Below, in pieces: positions 21,628 through 29,616 of a stretch of DNA of 64,000 nt (within the stretch, counting starts at the first letter, position 1; every line of letters begins with the position of its first letter). The DNA is from an uncultured virus (IMG/VR IMGVR_UViG_3300013426_000032). Taxonomy: Duplodnaviria > Heunggongvirae > Uroviricota > Caudoviricetes. Position numbers and translations under genes: made by a program. The notes beneath the pieces were generated by a model. That model saw nothing but the letters and a program-made list of their open reading frames with translations, ran no database searches and was not told where the DNA came from. The stretch lies in IMG/VR virus record IMGVR_UViG_3300013426_000032; one strand, written 5' to 3'.

Positions 21628-21658
21628 GTAAAAGATGATATTTTCAATTATATATTAT
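21628..21658 (+). promoter_or_regulatory. Putative early promoter (GTAA-N14-AATTATATATTAT)
   Basis: Recurring intergenic motif; core resembles phiKZ/AR9 early TATATTA motifs. Confidence 0.7.
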
Positions 21659-21748
21659 AATAGTGAAATATTGTTATAAACTCGTATAATTTTATATATA
21701 TTATAACAATATATTAAAATAAAATAATTATTATTATGGAGGTAAATT

Positions 21749-22267
21749 ATGAATTATAATGAATTAAAAGAACAAATAAAACAAAAAATGGAAAATGGAG
21801 GAAGACGTACTTTTTCCAGAGAAGAATTCAATGACCTTACAAAAGCCTATTTAAACGACATAGACAATAAAACTATAATAGCAAAAAAAATAGGTGATGA
21901 AATAAGAGAAGAAGAAATAAGTCCAGTTGCTGATTTTAGAAAAATGATCTTCAATATTCTTACAGATTTTGGAGTAGACAAACAAGAAGCAGCTAAAGTG
22001 TGTACAGAATATAAATTTAGAAACATGGATGCTATGTACCCTATAACAAGTGAAATCATAATGAATTATCTTGAAACAGGTAAAAAATTCTCTTTCCTAC
22101 CTAAGAAAGATTTAGTATGCAGCTTAACTCTTCATGAATTTGAAGAGGAAACTAAAATGAACCGTGCTCCTGGTAAAGAGGAAGAAATTCCTACTTTGTA
22201 TAAAAAACATAGAAAAATAAAAGCAGAAAGTAATTGTCCATCTTGGTTAAAAGAAGTTGTTAAATAA
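21749..22267 (+). CDS. Hypothetical protein (AR9-like phage conserved type, possibly DNA-binding)
   Basis: 172 aa, strong RBS tggaggt, followed by terminator. Confidence 0.6.
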   Translation: MNYNELKEQIKQKMENGGRRTFSREEFNDLTKAYLNDIDNKTIIAKKIGDEIREEEISPVADFRKMIFNILTDFGVDKQEAAKVCTEYKFRNMDAMYPITSEIIMNYLETGKKFSFLPKKDLVCSLTLHEFEEETKMNRAPGKEEEIPTLYKKHRKIKAESNCPSWLKEVVK

Positions 22268-22308
22268 ATAGTTGATTACTATTTAAAAAATAAATCAGTC
22301 CTAATCTT

Positions 22309-22349
22309 AAATAATCGATGAACGTTTAGTTCATCGATTATTTTTTTTT
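22309..22349 (+). terminator. Intrinsic terminator
   Basis: aaataatcgatgaac-gttta-gttcatcgattattt plus T-run. Confidence 0.8.
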
Positions 22350-22409
22350 ATTTTAATTGACCAAAAACAATTTATAAAGATAAAAAATTGAGAGGAGATT
22401 TTTAATATT

Positions 22410-24539
22410 ATGATTACTGAAATAATAAAAAGAGATGGTAGAGTAGAAAAATTTGATATGAGTAAAATAGAAATAGCAATAAATAAAGCATGTAACGATG
22501 GAATGATAGAATTAAAAGATAGAAAAGGTTTTTTTAATGATATTCAAATGATAGTTAATTGTTCTGATGTAGAAAGAATGCCAATAGAATATATTCATAA
22601 ACTTATAATAGATGTATTAAGAAAAAACGAAGAATATGAAGTAGCAAATAACTATCAATATTATAGAGAAGAAAGAAATAAAATAAGAGATAAAAAATCA
22701 AATATAATGAGCACAATAAAAGCATTAGGAGAAGAAACAGATAGAGATAATGGTAATGTTGGAAATAACTTTTCTGCTAAATTATTAAGAATAGCAAGTG
22801 AAGCCAATAAGTGGTGTATGTTAGCACAAATGGATAAAGAAATGGCTAAACATCATGAAACAGGTGATTATCATATCCATGATTTAGACAGTTTTAATCT
22901 AACTATAAATTGTCTTCATGTACCAACTAAAAAACTTTTAATGAATGGTTTTAATACAGGTTATGGAACATTGAATCGACCTAAAAGAATAGATTCAGCT
23001 GCTATGTTATCTTGTATAATACTACAATCTAGTCAAAATGATATGTTTGGTGGTCAAAGTCATCCTAACTTTGACAACGATATGGGTCCATTTGTAGAAA
23101 TAACTAGGGAATATGAAAGAAATCTTTTCAGACAAAAAGGATTAGAACCTAATGAAGAAATAGTTGAATTTAGAACTAAAGTAAGAGTTGAGCAAGCTAT
23201 GCAAAGTATAGTTTGTAATTTAAATACAATGCATTCAAGAGCAGGTTCTCAAGTTCCTTTTTCAAGTATAAATTTAGGTATACCACAAGGAACTGAAAAA
23301 GAAAAAAAAGATGCTGCTATGATATGCGAATGTTTCTTAAAAGCATATATGGAAGGTATGGGAAAAAATGAAGCTTGTATATTCCCTAATATTATATTTA
23401 GAGTAAAAGATGGAGTAAATAAAAAAGAAGGAGATCCATATTACTATTTATTCCAATTAGCTTGTGAATCTGCATCTAAAAGAATGAATCCAACATTCTG
23501 TAATTTAGATGCTTCATTTAATCTTCCTTTTTATGAAAAAGATATTTTAACTGCAATTATGGGTTGTAGAACAAGAACTATGGAAAATATAAATGGAGAA
23601 GCAACGCCTATAGGTAGAGGAAATATAGCACCAGTTACTATAAATTTAGTAAAATTAGCATTACGAGCAGGACATGGGAACATAGAAGATTTCTATAAAT
23701 ATTTACTTGAAATGTTAGATGAAGCTGAAAAGAATTTATTATATAGATATGAAGTATTAAAAAAATTAAAAGTAAAAGATTTACCTTTTGTAGCGGGTCA
23801 ACATTTAATGATGGGATCAGAAGGTTTAAATAATGATGATTCAATAGAACCTATATTAAAACAAGGAACGTGGGCTATTGGATTTTTAGGATTAGCTGAA
23901 TGTTTAACAATGTTAACTGGACATCATCATGGTGAAGATGAACGAGCTAGAGAATTAGGATATAATATAGTAAAACATATTAGAGAATTTACTGATGATT
24001 TAAAGAAAAAACATCATTTGAATTTTAGCTGTTATGCAAGTCCTGCAGAAGGTTTAAGTGGAAGATTTCCTAAAATAGATAGAATGAAATATGGAGTTAT
24101 TCCTGGTGTAACAGATAAAGATTATTATACAAATTCTTTCCATATTCCTGTAGGAATGAATATTTCAATAAAAGACAAAATAGAAATAGAAGCACCTTTT
24201 CATAAATTATGTAATGGTGGACATATAACTTATATTGAATTAGACAATTATCCTACTGGTAAACAAATAGAATCAATAGTAACTAAAGCTTTTACACATA
24301 CAGATATGGATTATATGGGAATAAATTTCCATATTAGATATTGTAGAAATTGCCAAGAATATTTACACGAAGATGAAGAAAAATGTCCTGTTTGTGGTTC
24401 AGAAAGTATTCAAGGTATAAGTAGAATCACAGGATATTTAGTATTAGATGATAGATTTGGTGAAGGTAAAAAAGCTGAAAGAGCTGATAGAGTAGCTCAT
24501 ACTTCAGGTAATTTAGTTTATTATAGTATAGAAAAATAA
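22410..24539 (+). CDS. nrdD: Anaerobic (class III) ribonucleoside-triphosphate reductase with ATP-cone
   Basis: N-terminal IIKRDGR ATP-cone, HIHDLD, NCL, GGQS, MGCRT, YYTNSFH, CxxC...CPVCG and glycyl-radical RITGYL. Confidence 0.97.
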   Translation: MITEIIKRDGRVEKFDMSKIEIAINKACNDGMIELKDRKGFFNDIQMIVNCSDVERMPIEYIHKLIIDVLRKNEEYEVANNYQYYREERNKIRDKKSNIMSTIKALGEETDRDNGNVGNNFSAKLLRIASEANKWCMLAQMDKEMAKHHETGDYHIHDLDSFNLTINCLHVPTKKLLMNGFNTGYGTLNRPKRIDSAAMLSCIILQSSQNDMFGGQSHPNFDNDMGPFVEITREYERNLFRQKGLEPNEEIVEFRTKVRVEQAMQSIVCNLNTMHSRAGSQVPFSSINLGIPQGTEKEKKDAAMICECFLKAYMEGMGKNEACIFPNIIFRVKDGVNKKEGDPYYYLFQLACESASKRMNPTFCNLDASFNLPFYEKDILTAIMGCRTRTMENINGEATPIGRGNIAPVTINLVKLALRAGHGNIEDFYKYLLEMLDEAEKNLLYRYEVLKKLKVKDLPFVAGQHLMMGSEGLNNDDSIEPILKQGTWAIGFLGLAECLTMLTGHHHGEDERARELGYNIVKHIREFTDDLKKKHHLNFSCYASPAEGLSGRFPKIDRMKYGVIPGVTDKDYYTNSFHIPVGMNISIKDKIEIEAPFHKLCNGGHITYIELDNYPTGKQIESIVTKAFTHTDMDYMGINFHIRYCRNCQEYLHEDEEKCPVCGSESIQGISRITGYLVLDDRFGEGKKAERADRVAHTSGNLVYYSIEK

Positions 24540-24554
24540 AGGAGTTAGTAATAA

Positions 24555-24671
24555 ATGAAATTAAATGAACATAAAGAAACGACAGAACTTTTATTATTTG
24601 CAATAAGTTTATATATAATAATAATAACAATATCTTTTATTATATGTAAACTATATGAGAAATTTATATAA
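24555..24671 (+). CDS. Small membrane protein (38 aa; not in ORF track)
   Basis: RBS aaggag; MKLNEHKETTELLLFAISLYIIIITISFIICKLYEKFI with one hydrophobic helix. Confidence 0.55.
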   Translation: MKLNEHKETTELLLFAISLYIIIITISFIICKLYEKFI

Positions 24672-24685
24672 TGGAGGAGGTATAG

Positions 24686-25114
24686 ATGAGAAATAAAAAA
24701 ATAATAACAGATATAGATTCAGGTAGATATCATTTAAGATTTAAACAACCTTATGAATTAGAGTATGATTTTATAATATCAGATCCTATTGAATTTATAG
24801 TTAGGGATGGTATATTTGGTTATATCGAATCCAATAAATCTACTGATGATCTTATATTACAATTTAAATATCAAGTAATTAAAATGTGGAGAGAATATGT
24901 TGAAAACAATAAAGATGAAAAAATCAAAAATGTATTATTACAAATATTAGAACCTGTTCAAATTTTAAAAGAAGAATATTCACCAGAAGAATTTATAGAT
25001 TTATTAGGATTAGATGATGATATAAAAGAATCGACTAAAACTGTATTAAATCAATTAAATGATAGTTTTAAACAATTTGGTTATCATATAGTATTAAGAA
25101 TGGGAGATGATTAA
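24686..25114 (+). CDS. Hypothetical protein
   Basis: 142 aa, RBS ggaggaggt, between nrdD and nrdG. Confidence 0.7.
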   Translation: MRNKKIITDIDSGRYHLRFKQPYELEYDFIISDPIEFIVRDGIFGYIESNKSTDDLILQFKYQVIKMWREYVENNKDEKIKNVLLQILEPVQILKEEYSPEEFIDLLGLDDDIKESTKTVLNQLNDSFKQFGYHIVLRMGDD

Positions 25115-25116
25115 AA

Positions 25117-25575
25117 TTGAAAGTCCGATTGGCAGGTATTGTTGAAACAAGTATAAATAACGGTGACGGTATTCGTAAAGTTATTTTTGCTCAAGGATGT
25201 AGACACCATTGTAAAGGATGTTTTAATCCTGATACTCATGACTTCAATGGAGGTTATGAATGTGATACTGATAAAATAATAAAAAGAATAAACGACGATT
25301 ATATGATAGATGGAGTAACTTTTAGTGGAGGAGATCCATTTGAACAAGCAGAAGCTTTTGCTCATATAGCAAAAAATATAAATAAAGATTTAACTATATG
25401 GTGTTATACTGGATATACTTTACAAGAAATATTAGATAATATAAATAAACCAGGTTGGAAAGATTTAATAACAAACATAGATGTGTTAGTAGATGGAAAA
25501 TTTGAAGAAGATAAAAAGGATAGAAATCTTAAATATAAAGGTTCTAGTAATCAAAATATAATACAATTAAGATAG
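25117..25575 (+). CDS. nrdG: Anaerobic RNR activating radical-SAM enzyme
   Basis: NGDGIR, CRHHCKGC (CxxxCxxC), SGGDP, IWCYTGY, DVLVDG, GSSNQ; TTG start. Confidence 0.95.
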   Translation: MKVRLAGIVETSINNGDGIRKVIFAQGCRHHCKGCFNPDTHDFNGGYECDTDKIIKRINDDYMIDGVTFSGGDPFEQAEAFAHIAKNINKDLTIWCYTGYTLQEILDNINKPGWKDLITNIDVLVDGKFEEDKKDRNLKYKGSSNQNIIQLR

Positions 25576-25578
25576 ATT

Positions 25579-25613
25579 TAATGGAGATAGAAAATTATTT
25601 TCTATCTCCATTA
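25579..25613 (+). terminator. 17-bp inverted repeat after nrdG
   Basis: taatggagatagaaaat-t-attttctatctccatta. Confidence 0.7.
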
Positions 25614-25633
25614 TTAAATTATATAATGTTAAT

Positions 25634-25673
25634 AACAATATTGTAAAAGATAAACAAAATAATTACATATAAT
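25634..25673 (+). promoter_or_regulatory. Overlapping late (AACA-ATATTG-TA, 25634-25645) and early (GTAA-N14-AATTACATATAAT, 25643-25673) promoter motifs
   Basis: Both consensus motifs present; no ORF follows before the next terminator. Confidence 0.6.
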
Positions 25674-25679
25674 ATAAAT

Positions 25680-26120
25680 GAATAGAACAAATATCACAGA
25701 GTACAACTTATTTATAAGAAGGAAATGAAAGATGATTAGGATACATTGCTAGTATGTTGTTGCTTTGATACTGCTAGGATGTGAGCAAATTCTTAACCAC
25801 ACTTATGAATCGAGATATTTTCTATAAATAGAATAAGGCTAATTGTGAAGATGATTAGGATATATCATTAACAGGTTATAGATACTGTTAGGGTATAATA
25901 AAGGTGCCATACCAGTATGTTTAAATACTGCTGGATGACATTGAATTTGTAGTGACCATATATAGATTAACAGTTTAAATGCTGTTAGGTAGAATATGTA
26001 GTACCACTAGTAGTTTAAATGCTTCTAGGGTGTGAGCAAATTCTTAACCCCGCTTATGAATCAAAAGATTATTCTATATTAATGAGATTGATAGTATTTT
26101 GAAATACTATCAATCTTAAT
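25680..26120 (+). ncRNA. Candidate structured ncRNA with five covarying hairpin repeats and duplicated flanking elements
   Basis: Hairpins at 25749-25778, 25868-25892, 25912-25934, 25967-25989, 26007-26029. Duplicated aagatgattaggata (25729, 25848) and gtgagcaaattcttaacc-N3-cttatgaatc (25781, 26032). No ORF; bounded by promoter and terminator. Confidence 0.65.
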
Positions 26121-26125
26121 TTTTT
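26084..26125 (+). terminator. Intrinsic terminator closing the repeat ncRNA
   Basis: gagattgatagtattt-tg-aaatactatcaatctt followed by aatttttt. Confidence 0.75.
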
Positions 26126-26149
26126 AAATTTTAAAGGAGGGATAAAAAA

Positions 26150-27189
26150 ATGAAAGACAATATATTTAAAAATAACAACATAAATAATATAACTGGAGTC
26201 GGAAATAATAATAAAAACAAAACAAATATGATAAACAATAAAAATACTATAAACTATTATAAATATAAAATAATAGAAAATAAGTAAAATAAAATATGTA
26301 GACCAGGATTAAAAGATATCGGAGAAGGAAAAATAATAACATTTGAAGCAGTTTGTGTTGGTAGATATAATAAATTTAGTAATTGTATTACTATAATAAA
26401 CATTCATTCTTGTGATAAATTCTTAGCAGATCATACACAATTATTCTTAAATGAATCAGTCGATAGTTTTGAAAAAAGAAATGAATTAGAATCTTGTATG
26501 ATCCAAGGTATCGGTAGAATAAAAACATATCCTAAAAATAATGATGTAGATTATTGTTTAGAATTATTACCAGATACTAAAAACTAACATATCTAAATGA
26601 TTTATATGTTAATATGAACCCATTAAAAGAAATATCTAATATAGAAATACAAAATTGCTATGAAGAAATATTATCATATAGACATGATGAATTATTATAT
26701 TTAGTAAATAAACTAAGATATAAAATTAATAGTTTTCATTCTGGTATAGCTAGAAAAGATTTTTTATATCATTATATATTAAATCAATATGGTTTAAACA
26801 CATTAAATGCTGATATATATGAAGATAGCTTACAATCAGATCAATTTGATAATTATCAATTATATGATTTAATAATTATACTAGGAGCAATAATATTTGA
26901 ATTGGAATTTGGAGATACTATTATTCATTTAAGTTATTTATTACGAAAAATAAATATGTATATAAATAGTATACAAGGCATAAAATCTTTAAAACACACT
27001 AATAAAAAATTATGTAAAAAAATAAATAAAGATTTCTTTAAATTCTGTGAAAAAATAAATATAAAATTTGGTTTAGGTTGGCTGATAGTATGTAGTAGAA
27101 ATAAAAATTTCGATATAAAAGAATGCATAGACATTAATATTACAACTAGATTTGGTTTAATAGGAGTAGTGTGTTGTTATAAAAAATAA
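26150..27189 (+). pseudogene. Disrupted gene (~345 codons): in-frame TAA at 26285-26287 and frameshift at A5 run 26579-26583; N-terminal part beta-rich (OB-fold-like)
   Basis: RBS aaaggagg before ATG 26150. The frame stays open after the TAA (CRPGLKDIGEGKIITFEAVCVGRY...ADHTQL...IGRIKTY...DYCL) to 26587 and joins ORF 26614..27189 via LTYLNDLYVN after a 1-nt shift. ORF 26614 has no RBS. Confidence 0.7.
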
Positions 27190-27213
27190 TATAACATATA
27201 ACAAATATTTAGT

Positions 27214-27244
27214 GTAAAAGATAATATATTTAATTATATATTAT
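27214..27244 (+). promoter_or_regulatory. Putative early promoter
   Basis: GTAAAA-gataatatattt-AATTATATATTAT; late-type AACA-AATATT-TA also at 27200-27211. Confidence 0.7.
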
Positions 27245-27311
27245 ATAGTTGAATAGAAGGTATTATATAATACCTTCTATTATTATTTAAAATTTCAAGG
27301 AGGTATTATTT

Positions 27312-27800
27312 ATGAAAAAAGTAATTTTAGCCAAAGAAGGTTATATTAAATTAACAAGACAAACATTATATGAATTTTTCAAAAAGAAATTTAATAATGA
27401 AATTTTTGTTTATTATAATGATACAACAGATAAAGAAAAAGGATATGTTAAATTAGATAATCCAACATTTGATGAAAAAGGTGAAATAACAAAGGATTCT
27501 CCTTTTAGATTCTTTTATTTCTCAAATAAAGATATGGGAAATAGATATATAAGAAAAAAATACGATATTAATGCTTGGATAAATGCTGATGATATAGATT
27601 ACGATGGTGATAGAGATGATGTTGATTTAATAAACATATTAGAAAACCAAGGAATAGAAAATAGTATAAATATATATTTCCCTATATCAATAATTGAAAT
27701 CCCAGATGATATGGAATATTATATAACATATGTAGATAATAAAGGAGAATTCCTTCATGAAAAACATAGAGTATATAATATAGATGGATTAGTAGAATAA
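27312..27800 (+). CDS. Conserved phage hypothetical protein (R.D..LI.ILE...IEIPD...E.HR family); paralog of 37748..38212
   Basis: DRDDVDLINILE and IIEIPDDMEYYI...EKHRVY. Confidence 0.7.
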   Translation: MKKVILAKEGYIKLTRQTLYEFFKKKFNNEIFVYYNDTTDKEKGYVKLDNPTFDEKGEITKDSPFRFFYFSNKDMGNRYIRKKYDINAWINADDIDYDGDRDDVDLINILENQGIENSINIYFPISIIEIPDDMEYYITYVDNKGEFLHEKHRVYNIDGLVE

Positions 27801-27812
27801 GGAGGTAATCAA

Positions 27813-28040
27813 ATGGGTGTTGATAGAATGATAGATAATATAATAACAGGTATAATGGAAGACCTCGATAATCGTCGAGGTCTTGGATTTGACAATATAG
27901 ATGAAGATGTTATGAATGAAATAAAAGATAGCTGGAAAAAAATCATTATTGGAGAGTTTGAAAAAATAGATGAACTTGATGATAATGATGTACTAAAGCA
28001 AGTAATACTAGATTATTTTAAAATGGGAGGCGGTTGCTAA
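27813..28040 (+). CDS. Hypothetical protein
   Basis: 75 aa, RBS ggaggt. Confidence 0.7.
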   Translation: MGVDRMIDNIITGIMEDLDNRRGLGFDNIDEDVMNEIKDSWKKIIIGEFEKIDELDDNDVLKQVILDYFKMGGGC

Positions 28041-28663
28041 TGTTAATGAATTATAATAAATTACCAGAAATAATAAATCAATTTAACTTAAATATGATAA
28101 GAACTCATTTAATGAGTAATACAATAAAAAATGTAAATGAAATAGAAGAGGAAATAAAAAATAAAACAAAAAAACAAATGTCTATGATAATAGACACAAT
28201 AGTTGATTATATGGAAGCCACAACAGGTAATAAGTATGGTCCTCAAGTATTTAACAACTATGATTATCTTAGAAATATAGAAAATTATTATTTATGTATT
28301 AAAATGACTTTATTAAATAAGATTAGTAAATTTAAAAATATAGAAGAATTAATAGCACTTTTACAAATTAAAACAATACCACTTATGATGGATTGGAATT
28401 CTAAAGAATGTATAGCTACAATAGAAAATATTTTATCCGATGAATTAGGGTACTCTAAAGATGATTATACTATAGAAAAATTCTTCGATGATAATGAAAA
28501 TGATATTTGTGATATAGAAATAACATTTAATGAAAATGGTAAATTATACAAAGATTACTATAACGATGGCTTACTATTAACTTATAACAGTAAAGAAGGC
28601 ATCAGAATAGTAATCAAAGATATAATAGAAAAATTAATATTAAAATTAGGAGGTAATGAATAA
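28034..28663 (+). CDS. Hypothetical protein
   Basis: 209 aa, translationally coupled. Confidence 0.7.
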   Translation: MLMLMNYNKLPEIINQFNLNMIRTHLMSNTIKNVNEIEEEIKNKTKKQMSMIIDTIVDYMEATTGNKYGPQVFNNYDYLRNIENYYLCIKMTLLNKISKFKNIEELIALLQIKTIPLMMDWNSKECIATIENILSDELGYSKDDYTIEKFFDDNENDICDIEITFNENGKLYKDYYNDGLLLTYNSKEGIRIVIKDIIEKLILKLGGNE

Positions 28664-29570
28664 TATGTATAATGAATTTAGTAATATGGATTCTTGTGAT
28701 GTTTTAGGAATGGTTAGAAATATGAATTATAAAGGCTATGATATCCACTACTATACTGGCTTATGTAAGGATGAAGTTTATATTTCTATGACAGATGTAT
28801 TAGAAATAATATCAGATGATAAAAGAACAAAACTAAACGATATAGATAATATTTTAGTAAAAGCAGGGATTATACCAGAATATATAAAATACAAAAGACC
28901 TTATTTTATAGAAAACTATATTAATAATCAATGTGTAATATATACAGCAGTAATAAAAGTATGTGAATATTACGGAATGAAAGATTTAAAAGTGTTCTTA
29001 ACAGAAGCTGTTAAAATGATAAATGATATAGGTGTATATGTCGAAGGTCTTAAATTTAATTATAAACACAAAGAAAAAAATAGAGAACCTAATGTAGCTG
29101 ATACTCTAAGAAAAAAAGATATAGAAATATATTTTAATAATAGTGAAGATTTAAGATATGATTATACTGTTAATGATGTATATAGAGAAGTTATAGATAG
29201 AATATCATATTTAGTATTTAATACAAATATATCTGATTTGAGATGGAATTTAAATCTAAATTATGATGATACAGTAAGTAGTGCTATAAACAATGCTGAA
29301 TATAATGAACTTTGTATAGCTTCTAAGATATATTCATATATGTTAGCATATAATTATCACTTAGAATTAGATTATGTTGATTATCTTATTGATAATGTAT
29401 TAAAAATAAAATGCCATAAAAAAATAGATAATAATATAATAACAGGTGAATTCGAAGAAGAAGAAATATCTACTAATCCTTATATAGACACTTTTAAAAG
29501 ATTAGATTATAATGCAGGATATGATGAAAACGATAATGATGATATAGACGATTTCACTAGATATATGTAA
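28656..29570 (+). CDS. Hypothetical protein, possible BRO-N-like N-terminal domain
   Basis: 304 aa; YKGYDIHYY...VYISMTDVLEII weakly resembles BRO-N. Confidence 0.5.
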   Translation: MNNMYNEFSNMDSCDVLGMVRNMNYKGYDIHYYTGLCKDEVYISMTDVLEIISDDKRTKLNDIDNILVKAGIIPEYIKYKRPYFIENYINNQCVIYTAVIKVCEYYGMKDLKVFLTEAVKMINDIGVYVEGLKFNYKHKEKNREPNVADTLRKKDIEIYFNNSEDLRYDYTVNDVYREVIDRISYLVFNTNISDLRWNLNLNYDDTVSSAINNAEYNELCIASKIYSYMLAYNYHLELDYVDYLIDNVLKIKCHKKIDNNIITGEFEEEEISTNPYIDTFKRLDYNAGYDENDNDDIDDFTRYM

Positions 29571-29572
29571 TT

Positions 29573-29614
29573 AAATAAGAAGGTAGATGGGAATTCCCAT
29601 CTACCTTCTTATTT
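29573..29614. terminator. Perfect 42-bp palindrome, bidirectional terminator between convergent genes
   Basis: aaataagaaggtagatgggaa|ttcccatctaccttcttattt. Confidence 0.8.
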
Positions 29615-29616
29615 TT

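Noticed and set aside
25749..26029. CRISPR array or TIGR array
   Set aside because: Repeats vary in sequence and length, linkers are irregular (17-89 nt) and partly similar to each other, there is no constant period, and no cas or Nop-domain gene is recognisable in the window.
25775..26062. Known riboswitch or ToxI identity for the duplicated gtgagcaaattcttaacc element and the hairpins
   Set aside because: Only loose resemblance to remembered families; cannot be supported without an Rfam/Infernal search.
26285..26287. Stop-codon reassignment suggested by the in-frame TAA
   Set aside because: TAA and TAG terminate well-defined genes throughout the window, and long conserved genes have no internal stops.
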